A DNA stretch of 64,000 nt from Pseudovirgaria hyperparasitica (Eukaryota). The notes below the pieces were generated by a model that was not told the DNA's origin, did not search any database, and worked only from the letters and a program-made list of their open reading frames with translations. The stretch lies in the NCBI GenBank assembly GCA_010093815.1, contig ML996577.1; one strand, given 5' to 3'. Positions 14,352-26,601 of the stretch are shown piece by piece. The translations under genes and the position numbers were made by a program. Numbering within the stretch: position 1 is the stretch's first letter; each line of letters starts with the position of its first letter.

Positions 14352-14420
14352 TATAAACGCTCTTTCAATTTCTCGTTCCTCTTTCTCTTCTTCTTGTTCT
14401 TCTTCTTCTCCCTCAACACC
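14352..14420 (+). promoter_or_regulatory. Putative core promoter (TATA box plus CT-rich tract) of the RRM gene
   Basis: TATAAA at 14352 is followed by a long pyrimidine tract. Downstream are two apparent 5'UTR introns (14609-14760 and 14825-15053) before the ATG at 15060. Confidence 0.5.
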
Positions 14421-15059
14421 AACACTTCTACCAGTTCCATCCGCTCAGAGATTGCCAACATTCTTTGTAGCTTTTGACTTCAATACGCTCATCTCTCTTC
14501 TTTCAGCTGCATCAGCTTTCTTAGCTGGCCCTTGCAATTGACTATCTCAGTCTTTGCTGCCGCCCGATCTTCAAGCCAACATCCTCAGCGATCAGAACTT
14601 GCGTAAAGGTATGCCTTCTCACAATTCATTTTGGTCCAGCATCACTCCCTATGAACGGATACCTGTTTGAATACATTATCACGTCTGCCTTGCGAATTCC
14701 TTCTTACTGCAGTCACGGCTCAAGACAGCATGTGTGCATGACATGCTGACAATCATGTAGCTCACACGGCTTCAGCTACAGAACAATCTTCCTCATTTTC
14801 AGCCCAGTACATCAACTCTGCAACGTGAGTTACATTCGTATTTATCGTTACAGCGTTTACTTCTCCAATTTCTTTCTATGGCCTCCTGGCAATGTGCACC
14901 AATTTGCCCCTTCCCCTACACCCCCCCTCCGGTGAGCTCTGGGCTCATCACTAAACCTGTACCATACTATCGTCGACTCTTCTGTCCTTCAACATCTCCT
15001 TCTTTTTATCGGACTTGGCGATGTTCTTATGTATCAAGCTAATTTGCATATAGGTCATC

Positions 15060-17201
15060 ATGTCCTCAGCCAAAGATCAACGCATGGCGGCTTATGCGAA
15101 CCCCATCAGGGGCCATGGCATGGGTAGCTTCGCACGAGGCGGCACCTTCCTCCCAAGTGGGCCTCATCCGGGGTATCACGGCGGCGATGCTCACATGTCT
15201 ACTCTCGCGAACGGTATGGGTGCTATGAACCTCCACCACGTTGCCTCCTTTCCTTCAGCAGGCCGTCCTAATGGAAACGTAGCCCAGAACTCATTCGATG
15301 CCACCGGTGGCCATAATCAGCAGGTCTTCATGGGTCTTCAGAACCTACAGCCTGGTCAGCACTACTATCTGCCTGGTGCCAATCAGGGACCAAGCAACAT
15401 GCACCACTCTCCGAGCATGTACTCCCCGTACGTTCCAAACGCATACCCGCCTGGCATGGGCATGATGCCTGACAACAGTCCCATTGGACGTTCTTGGCCT
15501 AGCGGCGTTTCTTCAAGCGATGTTCCAAATCTCCTGACTCCTCGTCGTGAGTCTTTGTCTTCGAACGAGGCTGAATATCCCGGCACACCTTTGACTGGCT
15601 ATGGAATGTACACCAATCCTCAGGTTATGGATCGTTCTCCCAGTGGTGTCTTCACTGCCAGCGCAACTCCTTCACCCAATCAGATGCAGCAGCCGTATGG
15701 CATTGGTGCACCAATTTCGAAGGCTGTTGTCACCACGAACCCACCCTCGTCGGTATGCCCAGTCCACATTCAGATCAAGTTGCAGCAAGATCCTCCGATT
15801 CCGTCCGCCATTCCCGCACCCAACTCACCTAACAAGCCGCTTGACCGCAGCCTTGAGAACAAGAATGGGGAGACCAATGTCTACATTCGTGGTCTCCAGC
15901 CTGAGACCAAGGACGAGGATTTGTTCCAATGGGGAAAGCGTTTCGGAGACATTCAGAGCTCCAAATCGATCATCGACATGAAGACTGATAAGTGCAAAGG
16001 GTACATATAAACTTCTCCAGCCTGTCTCCTCTTTTCCCATCACCTCCTCCCATCACCTCCTCCCATCACCTCCTCCCATCACCTCCTCCTATCACCTCCT
16101 CCCATCACCTCCTCCCATCACCTCCTCTCATCACCTCCCATAGCCCTCATCGACTGTCCGTACCTATTTGCGTCCTACATATACTGATATATCCTTCAGG
16201 TTTGGTTTCATCAAATACTATAACTTCGAAGACGCCGAGCAATGTATCCGTGGCTTTCATCATCTCGGCTATGAAGTTAGCTTTGCTAGAGTTGGGCTCT
16301 CTGTGTTTTCTGCATCTATCACGAAATGCTAACCTATCAACAGGAATCATTCTACGCCAAATTGAAGAAGTTCTCTGATGAGGGCAACACCAATCTTTAT
16401 GTCTCAAACATACCACGAACTATGAATGAACATGCAGGTCACATTCTTCCTTTCTTTTCGCCAATAACTGACATGGAATAGGAACTTGGACTCGTCTTTG
16501 CACCCTTCAAGGTGTGTTCTAGCCGCATCTTGCGCGATCAAAACGGAAACGGTCGGGGTGTAGGCTTTGCCCGGTAAGCAGCTGTCATCAGTCCTCTGAT
16601 TCCTCGACTTTACTAATATGCCAATAGTTTCGAGACTCGTGACATCTGTGAGCAGGTGATACGCCAATTCAACAATCAGCCAATCTCTCGCCCTGGCCAA
16701 GGCGGCGAGGAGCATCTCATACAGATCCGATATTCGGATACGCATGAACAGAAAATTCTGAAACAGCAGACTGCAGCAGGTCGCCAATTCCGCGCTCAAG
16801 AATACGAAGTCGGTGTTGCGCAAGCTCGTGGCGCATTGAGCGATTCCCGTTTCTTCCCTAACGCCCAACGCAATGAGTTCGAAACTTTCCTCCAGAATAG
16901 TGCCTACACTCACCCTAGTGTTTCTGGGGCGACTACACCTTCATCAAAGACAATTCCAAGTGCGCATGCCCCTGGCATGACGGGCATGGCAATGTGGTCC
17001 AACGGGAGGTCGCATACATCTGTGCCTGGTATAGCGATCAATGGAATGGCCGCCCCCACTACCATGCCGCAGTCCCCGACCGGCTCCGTCATCTCCTGCG
17101 CTCAAGTCTCAGGTGAGGCTGTCCGAATTTCTCGTTCTGGGCCAACGACCCCAACCAAAGGAGAGCGTACTCAGGGCAAGGCTGCGTCTGAGCATGAGTG
17201 A
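15060..17201 (+). CDS. Two-RRM RNA-binding protein, Spo5/MSSP(RBMS)-like, with a low-complexity N-terminus
   Basis: RRM1 has TNVYIRGL...FGDIQSSKSIIDMKTDKCKGFGFIKY and RRM2 has TNLYVSNIP...SSRILRD...GRGVGFARFE. Introns at 16001-16199, 16291-16343, 16434-16481 (GC-AG) and 16574-16627. Confidence 0.88.
16038..16138. repeat. 13-bp minisatellite (CATCACCTCCTCC), about 7.8 copies, inside the first coding-region intron of the RRM gene
   Basis: Read directly as tandem units, with only two substitutions among the full copies. Confidence 0.95.
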
Positions 17202-18098
17202 TAGATTGACGAATACGCGCAGACAATCTGAGCCTACTTCTTACACCATACTGACATAGATACCATCTCATCAACTTATTTACTCGCCTATCGATCTATC
17301 GACTTATCACATTGCATCTCTATCTGATTACCGACATTCAGAGCAGGTTCAACCCGCATATATCTCCGATAATTAAACACCTCGCGTCAGCTGGACTCAC
17401 GGTTCACATCGCTGGATCTTCATTCCTTCATCTTTCCTTTGTCAGTCTGCGTTTCAATGGCTGCCCACTAATACACCTTGTTGATCTTGAGCGCTCATAC
17501 CTCCGCCGGTGTAGAGTCGTTTGATTGAACGTAAAAGTCTTTCGGGCGGCGTGTTGTTTGTTTTCTCATTGTCCCAATGGCGTTGGCATCTAAAAATTAT
17601 CATCGGAGGCACTTGCAATCATATTTATTAAGATTAGCCATGCGGCTCCCAGATGTGGTTGAGAGCTGAGCAATGGCTGGCATAGACAGATCGAGAATAA
17701 TCCGGGCTACATAACTTACAATCAGAGAATCATTTGGGCCCACTTAACTTCACTTTACTGCTGCTGTGCACTGTGCTGCTATCGCAAAGTCCTCAGACTT
17801 CTTATGTTCTCAGCTTCAGCATATTCGATATATCGTGACGGTACCTCCAAATTCTTCATATATATGTGGATTGCACAGTCATGTATCCAGTGGGATTGTT
17901 GGTTATGTTCGATGTGCTATGTTTGGCTTAATCATGATGTACTGTAATGCGAGCGTAAATCATGCTTAGATCTCGCAAGGGCCGCAGCTAGGCATGCTTA
18001 CTGATGAAAAAGTGGTGTAGCAGAGAAGTCAAGGGAGAATCATTTGAATAGTCATGGGTATCATCTCGGTTTGCTTGCTATATTACCGTACGTGCTCT

Positions 18099-19575
18099 TC
18101 ATATTGCCCACCCTGCAGCTTTTTTCGATATGGTACGAGTAGTCGGTGCCACCGAAGGGGCCGCCTCTAGGCCTACGCCCATGGGTCCACCACCCTGGTC
18201 AAAGTCTTTTATATCGAGGACGGTAAATGTGGCGTTCAGGTCGGCGTCCGGGATTGTTGGATCTGCATTTCCTGGAAACAACGTAGCGTCTGGGAGACGA
18301 GGCTGGTCGGCGACGTCCTTTCCATCGCCTACGCTTTGTGGTGCGTCGCACTCGTCGTCATCATCATCTTCGGCCCCGATAGAGGCCCTATCTTCTGCCT
18401 GTTTGGCCCCTTCGCCACTGACACCACCGTCACCATCGACGCCGACTTCTTTCATATATTTTTCTAGCTCGCGTGCCATTTTTTTGCTAAACCCGCTGGC
18501 CTCGGCTTCAACGTCAAGGCGCTTCGTCACATTTGATGTGGCATCTTTGAAGAATGGGCCTGACTCATCGCTTGTGAAGTGGAATCTGCGTTCGAAGAAG
18601 CGTTTAATACAGTTCACGTCGCGATCGAAGTAGTACTCCGCATCAGGGTGCGAAATAGATATCATCTGTGGAAAGTCGATTACAATAGGTGTTAACGTAA
18701 TGGTCGGAGGCTCGTCTGAATTTAGAGACGACGACGGAGCAGCGTCTTCTTTGACGAGAATGTTGAATTCATTGAAGTCGCCATGAATAAGACCGAAGCT
18801 TGCGAGTCGTACGATGAGCTCGAGGAGTTCGGCATAAAGGCTGGCGGGGTCTGGAACGCTTGAGATTTGGCGGAGTGGGAATGCGTCAATCAGGCTCATG
18901 ACAATGGTATGTCTGTTCTGCGCAATGGGCTCAGGCGTCGGAATGCCGTTGTCGCGCAGGACTTGCATGAAAGTAAATTCTTTCAAGGCGGCGAGGCGCG
19001 ACATGTACATCCATGATCCCGAGGAGCGGTTGCGTAGATAATCACGATTCGTCTTGACGGTGCGAAAAGAGATCCGGCCGAGACGGTGAATTTTCAGTAC
19101 TCGTTGCAGGCCTGAATCACTGGCAACGACGTAAATGTCAGATTCTTTGCCGACGCCGATTTGGTTACCGACAGAATATACCGTGGAAGATTTGCGGTGG
19201 GCGTTGAGGGCAAGATAGTCAATGCCGCCGTATGTCAGTCGGTAGCCATCGTCTAGGTGAAGTCAGAATCTGCTGGCAATATTACCTATTTAGGAATGGT
19301 GCGCTATACACTTGGCGTTCTTGACCTTTGCAATCAGGTTTGCCTTCGCAAGGGTCGATATGCACTTATGGACTCCGCTACCACCACGGAGATTCGATAT
19401 CTGTTGTATCAAGGGGGTAGGGACAACTTCATGATTCCTACTACCCATCTCTACCTATATATACCGCATTAGTGGCCATTTTATTCTGGTTGAGGGCACG
19501 GGCCTGGCATACTGCTGTAAGCACCCTCCAGTCCTCGACCGTGAGATACCGAATCGCTTTAGTATCAAGCTTCAT
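18099..19575 (-). CDS. RIO2: Atypical Ser/Thr kinase RIO2 (40S ribosome maturation)
   Basis: Starts MKLDTKAIRYLTVEDWRVLTA/VEMGSRNHEVVP. Also contains YDGYRLTYGGIDYLAL, GNQIGVGKESDIY, IHGDFNEFNIL and IDFPQM. Introns at 19512-19455 and 19309-19253. Confidence 0.96.
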
Positions 19576-19940
19576 CGTACATATACCCGCGTGGCGTGTC
19601 TGTGTCTTGGGAATGGTTCGAGCACTGTGGTCGACGCATCACAAAAAGATCGGTGGTCCGCAAGCACTAGTACTTGGCGCACGGACTCGCCTTGCTGCTT
19701 TCTCATCGCCGCCAAGAGCGCGACGCCATACTTGGTACCTACTCCAGAGCTTCCATAGCGCTTCGATACACACCAAGCTCTCCAACTTCGATCCTCTTCA
19801 GTGCTCTTCATACAATTTATACTTGCGTCTTCTCCTATACTCACTCTACTGCTTTCTAAATAAGTCTTGGTGAGGTGTGTCGAGGCATTTCCGAACACTC
19901 TGTGGACCCGGTTCTTCGCTGTTTAGACGCGAGCTTCAAC

Positions 19941-22937
19941 ATGGCAAAGGGAGACGAGAAGCCCACTACCGCCCAGCAAGGCAAGGGCAAAGCGGTAGAT
20001 GACCCAAAGGACACAAAGAATGAGAAGGATACCAAGGAGAAAGGCAAGGGAGATGAGAAGCTGGACCTGCCTGCTGGTAGGTTCCCAGCGGTCCGCCGTT
20101 CAGCTACTTTGATGAGACTGAATGCGATGTTTGCCCCAAAGTATGCTGATTGAGAACAGAGGAGCTCAGTGAGGAAGACCAGCAGCTCAAGAATGAGCTA
20201 GAGATGCTCGTAGAGCGGTTACTGGTATGCTATAATGAACGATGACTGACCAGACGATTTTACTGAGAGTGGGTAGGAACCGGACACCAAACTGTACAAG
20301 CCGGCTCTAGAAGCTATCAAGAACTTTATCAAGACCTCCACATCTTCAATGACGGCTGTGCCGAAGCCGTTGAAATTCCTGCGGCGACACTACGAGAATC
20401 TCGAGAAAGCGTATGACGCATGGCCTGCGAGCGATAACAAGGTCTGTATTGAACGAAAGACGCGATCAAGAGCTATGGTAGCTAACCTCATCAAAGATAT
20501 CATTTGCAGATGTACTCTCTGCTCTCGGCATGACCTATTCAGACGAAGATCGCCACGATTGCCTGAAGTACCGACTACAATCAACGACACAAGACATCGG
20601 CTCATGGGGTCACGAGTACATGAGGCATCTATCGCTAGAAATTGGGCAAGAATTTCAAACTCGATTAAACGACGATAAAGACACGGATGACCTGACTGAC
20701 CTTGCTATCACACTGGTGCCATTCTTCCTGAAGCACAATGCTGAAGCCGATGCAGTCGACATTCTCAGCGAGCTTGAGATGATCGAGCATCTTCCCAAGT
20801 ATCTGGATGAGAACACATACTCCCGTGTTTGTTTGTATATGGTCAGGTAATGCATACAGGCTCTCTTCGCGTTCTTGTCTAATGGCTTATATAGCATGGT
20901 ACCACTTCTTACCTACCCAGATAATGACCGATTCCTACGAACCGCTTTCGATATTTATGGCAAATACAAGCAATATACACAAGCAATAGTTATCGCTATA
21001 CGGCTCAATGACCGCGAGCTAATTGAACAAGCTTTCAACGCTACGGAAGACAAGTCGATCCGTAAGCAGATGGCGTTAATGATTGCTCGGCAGCGGATCT
21101 GGCTAGATCTACCAGATGGTGACGATGAGGATCAAGAGCTTCAAGAGTGCTTAAACAACACAAGGCTACCCGAATACTTTAAGGCGCTTGGAAAGGAACT
21201 TAACATATTAGATCCAAAGACCCCTGATGACATTTACAAGACGCATCTCGAAAGCTCGCGAACAGCTGGCTTAACAAATACCGACTCCGCAAGGCACAAT
21301 CTCGCCAGTGCATTCGTGAACGCTTTTGTCAACGCTGGTTATGGTGACGACAAGTTGATGCTAGTATCGGACAATAAAGGCAGTTGGGTCTGGAAAACAA
21401 AGGACGAGGGAATGTTGTCGACGGCAGCTTCGTTGGGCATGCTAATGCAGTGGGACGTTGAGATGGGTTTGGACAAAATTGATCCATACACCTATCTGTC
21501 GGAAGACTCAATCAAGGCTGGCGCCATGCTTGCTACCGGTATCATCAATTCTGGTGTTCGCATGGATTCCGACCCAGCGATGGCCTTGCTCGGAGATTCC
21601 GCGAACCTGGACAATCCAAACGTGTCTATCCGGATGGCCTCGATCATGGGTCTCGGTTTGGCATACGCTGGCTCGCAAAAGGAGGAACTCCTGGATTCCC
21701 TGCTGCCAATTGTTGGCGACACTTCTCTCGACATGCGCCTCTCTGCTATGGCTGCCCTATCGTTAGGTATGATCTTCGTTGGCTCAGCACAGAGTGACGT
21801 GAGCGAGGCGATCATTCAGACCTTCCTAGACGAAGACCGCACAAAACAGCTCAAGGACAAGTGGACGAGGTTTATGGCTTTGGGCTTAGCACTTCTTTTC
21901 TTCGGTCAGCAAGAGGAAGTCGACGTTATCTTGGAGACCCTCAAGGCGATCGACCACCCTATGTCGAAGCCTACGTCGGTGCTGGCAGAAGTCTGTGCCT
22001 GGGCAGGCACCGGCGCTGTCTTGAAGCTACAACAGCTTCTGCATATATGCAATGACCACATTGAAGATGACGACGACGAGAAGAAGGGCGACGAGCTCCT
22101 TCAAGCGTACGCTGTGATCGGACTGTCGCTGGTTGCCATGGGCGAAGAGGTCGGCCAAGAAATGGTCCTCCGACAGTTTGCCCACCTAATGCACTACGGA
22201 GAGGCAAACATTCGAAAGGCTGTACCCCTTGCAATGGGCTTGATTAGCCCGAGCAATCCGCAAATGAAGATATACGACACACTTTCGCGGTACAGTCACG
22301 ATAACGACAATGACGTGGCTGTTAATGCTATATTTGCTATGGGTCTTGTTGGCGCTGGTACAAACAATGCTAGGTTGGCACAACTCCTCCGCCAACTTGC
22401 AAGCTACTATCATCGCGATGCGAACGCTTTGTTTATGGTACGCATCGCACAAGGTCTGCTTCATGCGGGTAAGGGGACATTGTCTTTCAACCCCTTCCAT
22501 ACGGATCGTCAAGTCCTGTCTAGAGTCTCCGCCGCTGGTTTATTGACGGTGCTTGTGTCCTTGATCGATTCCAAGCAATTCATACTTGGTGATTCACACT
22601 ACCTCCTATACTACCTCGTTACCGCTATGCATCCTCGCTTCTTGATCACTCTCGACGAAGAGCTCAAGCCACTCCAGGTCAACGTACGCGTTGGTCAAGC
22701 TGTGGATGTAGTCGGTCAGGCTGGCCGCCCCAAGACTATCACTGGGTGGCAAACACAGAGTACACCTGTGCTGCTGAGTCATGGTGAGAGGGCCGAATTG
22801 GAAGATGAACAGTACCTGAGTCTGAGCAGTGTGCTGGAAGGTGTGGTAATACTTCGAAAGGTAAGTCAAAATCCTCCGTAATAACTGTCATTGGTTTAAG
22901 CTGACAAATCTGCTAGAATCCTGACTGGGAGGCATGA
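19941..22937 (+). CDS. RPN1: 26S proteasome regulatory subunit Rpn1
   Basis: Contains [36 protein letters not shown] repeats and [31 protein letters not shown]. Five GT-AG introns; the last exon encodes NPDWEA*. Confidence 0.97.
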
Positions 22938-23071
22938 ACGACGGAATTATAGTGTTGACACGCAGTTCGAAAAGCTAGGCTGTGTGTTTGGTATTGCTAT
23001 ATTTGACTTTCATGGGCGCCTATTGGGCTGGGTAGACTAGCATCCTATGAATGTATAACACAACCCTTCCA

Positions 23072-24601
23072 CTACCTTTCAGTTACTTTGCTGTCCACAT
23101 GTCTCCATTCACCAAGGCGACTCATGTTCTTATCAGCGACTTCAACGCATACGTCTAGCACGCAGTGCATGACGCCTGGTGCATAGGTCTTTACGTGCTC
23201 CACATGTTCCAATCGCACAACTCGGTCTGGCGATGCTGTCGATCTGACAATGGCCCCTATTTCGTTTACGATCTGCTTGATTCTATCATCATATTCCGTT
23301 TTCTTGGTTGCTATATTCTCATGCACGTGCAGCCATCCGCTCAGTTCGATGTCAAGAGCATTGACTGCAGTCTCGCAAGATGCAGCGGAAGATGGTAGGA
23401 GTCCGAGGTTCACGTGTCGAATTGGCGGAATGCATGCTCTCAAGTCCTTGATCCGTGACATTGCAAGGGCATTGGACTCATGGAATGCGACCAGTAATGG
23501 CTTCAATTTTGCCTTTGGTTGTATAGCAAAAGCCCTCACCAATTTGCTAGTATGTTCGTCCTCTCTCACTACCTCACCGCGCCACTTATTTGCCTCCACG
23601 CCCCGTCTCATTCCTTCCAAACTCCATCCGTTAATTTCCCATCCGAGGACCACAGTCGCGCCCGCCTGCGAATACGAAAATGAGAAATATCCGATCCCGC
23701 AGTACAGGTCCACCGCCGTCCATTCCGCACCGCTCTCTGAGCAGGAAACCACGGATGGGAGCTTCAGCAGTCGTGCTTTCTCCTTGATGTTGCCTCGACT
23801 GAACATCGTATGTAGCGGCGCCCATATTTGATGTATGCCATTCTGCTTGGTGCTCACCCAGAACGCGGATGCAAAGTCCGATAATGTTGGAGAGGGAATC
23901 GGTGCTGCAGGGCCGAATGAGCCATGGAGGGGTGTGAAAGCAGTCGGGGAGCGCAAAATGTTGGTCTCCACGGACGTAGAAGTCTGTACGGGGATTGGGG
24001 CGTTGATTGCAACGTGTGTGGTATTGGTTTCGAGGGCCATGAGTGCCCAGAGCTGGCTGAGCTGAGTTGGTGAGAGGACCGTATATGCGGTCTGCCATGA
24101 TGGACGTTTGAGAGGGTCCGCAGAGAGTAAAAGAAGCGGTTTGTATATGCAGTATGGTGTGGGTGAGTCAATTGATATCGATGAGTCGAGTTTCATCTGT
24201 GCCAGAAGATCTGGTTGGAGCGAATTCATCCATTTGATCTGAGCTGTAAGAATAGGATTGTTGTTCTTCAATGATATTGGCGCCGCGTGTTGATGTTCAT
24301 CAATTGCTTCAACGACAGGCGCCCACTTGATCTTAATACGAGATTTGTCCTCAGGTCTCAAGCACAGTGTATTTAGAACTCCCTGAGTCCTGTCATGCAT
24401 CGCTACTCCGCGACCTTGCTCACTTCTGGTCGGGCAGTCAATCAAGGTTGGGATTTCAAACGATCTTTCAATGAAATCATCATCATCGGCTCCACAGCTT
24501 TGTATTCTTGAAGACTTATCTAAGAGGTTCTGACTCTCGAGATAACTCTTCACGGTCTTGACACACAAGCGTGGTACAATGACGATGACGCGTTCACTCA
24601 T
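23072..24601 (-). CDS. TYW2: tRNA wybutosine-synthesising protein 2 (Tyw2/Trm12, SAM-dependent aminocarboxypropyl transferase)
   Basis: Intronless 509-aa ORF with QNGIHQIWAPLHTMFSRGNIKEKAR, VDLYCGIGYFSFSY, RHVNLGLLPSS, WLHVHENI and VKTYAPGVMHCVLD. Confidence 0.93.
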   Translation of the reverse strand: MSERVIVIVPRLCVKTVKSYLESQNLLDKSSRIQSCGADDDDFIERSFEIPTLIDCPTRSEQGRGVAMHDRTQGVLNTLCLRPEDKSRIKIKWAPVVEAIDEHQHAAPISLKNNNPILTAQIKWMNSLQPDLLAQMKLDSSISIDSPTPYCIYKPLLLLSADPLKRPSWQTAYTVLSPTQLSQLWALMALETNTTHVAINAPIPVQTSTSVETNILRSPTAFTPLHGSFGPAAPIPSPTLSDFASAFWVSTKQNGIHQIWAPLHTMFSRGNIKEKARLLKLPSVVSCSESGAEWTAVDLYCGIGYFSFSYSQAGATVVLGWEINGWSLEGMRRGVEANKWRGEVVREDEHTSKLVRAFAIQPKAKLKPLLVAFHESNALAMSRIKDLRACIPPIRHVNLGLLPSSAASCETAVNALDIELSGWLHVHENIATKKTEYDDRIKQIVNEIGAIVRSTASPDRVVRLEHVEHVKTYAPGVMHCVLDVCVEVADKNMSRLGEWRHVDSKVTER

Positions 24602-26601
24602 ATCTCGCTATGTCCATAGAACAACATTCTGCTTATTGTATATGACTTATGGACATTTCTAGCTTGCGCTTCCGGATGTTTAGTCAAGAAGCGCAATTTT
24701 ATAAAAGTCAGCCAAAAAAAAGCTTATTTGGCGGCCAAGGCTCACAGCGCACGTGCCTTCAGATCACGTGCTACCTTAACTCTAGCGAACATTCGTGTCG
24801 CCAATTATCTCGGTTAATCGGACTCTACATTGCTGTATTCGCCGTCGCTCCGCAGATAAGGATGAATCACAATACAGCAGTCTCTACCGACATGCTTTTC
24901 CCTGCGAGAGGTTCAGCTATGGTCGCTTGAAGTGACGGACAGCCGTGGAGTGAAGCCAGCATTGCTGTGTCGTCTCATTCCTGCAAAACACTCTGATAGA
25001 AAATCTGGCTAAAACGTTATGATCGTCCATTCAGGCGAACAATAACTTGCAGGTGCATTCATACGACCGTTTGTACTTTGAACAATGACCTTGCAGAAGC
25101 TATAATACCACCACACCCACATTTGCACTCTGCTATCTAGCGCTCAAGTACCGAAACTATCTAGCCCAAACCCAAACACTCGTCAACCGGCTTTGCTGGG
25201 CCAACTATTTCTCATATGCACATAATGACTCGATGTTTGGGCTATCTGTGTTGGCGAGGCGCTCGGGAGAAAGCGTTACCGAACAAGCAGAGGCCTGCAG
25301 TCGAGAAGTCTTGACCTGAGGTGGATCCGTTTGACTTGCCATCAAAGGATAGCTACGTATCGACTCAGAATGACTGATCTCGAGGCGTCCTGGAAGGAGA
25401 GATTCCAGCCTACCGTAAAGGATCAGTATACATAGAAATTTGCGGAGTCATAAGCATTACCAGCTGACAGAGACTTGTAGAAGTACGACAAGCCCTATCC
25501 CTTCGAGACTCCACTACTTTCATCCGTCAGTACAATCATATAGTATCACCGTATTCCAAGCTAAAGACGTAGTAGGAAGCGAGAAAGCAAATCTTGAGAC
25601 TACGAAGAGTTGGGAGTGCCGAGAGTCAAGTGGCACCGCATGCCACACCGCTCTCTGTGTTTCATCTTGAATAGACTTGTGCCGTGCCGTTCATTGTACA
25701 GCCTTGCAGGCTGGCTCTCACAAAATGGTTAGAAGTTTCCAACACTTGCTCTGAGATGCGTACTACAGAAAAGACGGACATGTCCTCATGAGTAGCAATG
25801 TGTAGGCTGAGCCGTAGAGACATATAATAAGGCTCCTAGAGGTCTAAACTTTTGACCTGTAATCTGCCAGCCTTGTGCCTCCATGATGAGTTTGGCGCGC
25901 GCTGGTGTCATACAACTAACTATTGGTTGATGGACCTCGACAGGAAAAGTAAAAGGCCCGAAAGGTAATGCAAACTTCAGACATTCCCTATTTATCGGGC
26001 ATCTGACCCTCTGTTGCCCTTCAAGAAGAGGCGTCAAGTTACTGGCAGTAATGTCTGCACGTTGTTGATACTTGTCCGATCTGAAGGTCTACGAATGAAT
26101 TGTGGTTCGCAAGATTGGTGCCTGTGTCTGTGCACACGGCCCATGAGAGAAATATAACTCCAAAAAAAGCCCTTAGCGGCTCCCATATTTTCCATACTTC
26201 TCCGTTACTCTGGCGCAAATGATTGGTAGGTGTGAGAAATTGACAGTATGTGTTGTACAACCTGGCCAAATAAATTGCCAATTCGAGGGCTTCCTCCGTG
26301 GTTGTCCATGCTGTATCCTCTTCCTTGCAAGCCTGCACGAGGCTGCAAGACTCGCGAACTCGATCCATGGATGCGCAAAGCAAAATCTTGCCATGGGTCT
26401 CATTGGCTAGGTGTTTCCCTCCGGCGGCACAATGAGGTTAAATCAGTCTCGTAACCTCGCCTCTTCAATTTCAGAGCTGAGTCTGTCTCTCATGATTTCC
26501 ACGCATGGTGCATAGCGCATATCGACTGGATAAATTCATCTATACGATTTCATTATTGTTACACAGCTTTCTTCATCAGATCAATCAACTGAGCGTCCAA
26601 T

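Noticed and set aside
16038..16138. Repeat arrays here and at 31409-31447 considered as CRISPR
   Set aside because: The units are head to tail with no spacers, and the context is eukaryotic.
15992..16378. 128-aa ORF with PPPITSSHHLLPS repeats
   Set aside because: It is an artefact of translating the intronic 13-bp minisatellite.
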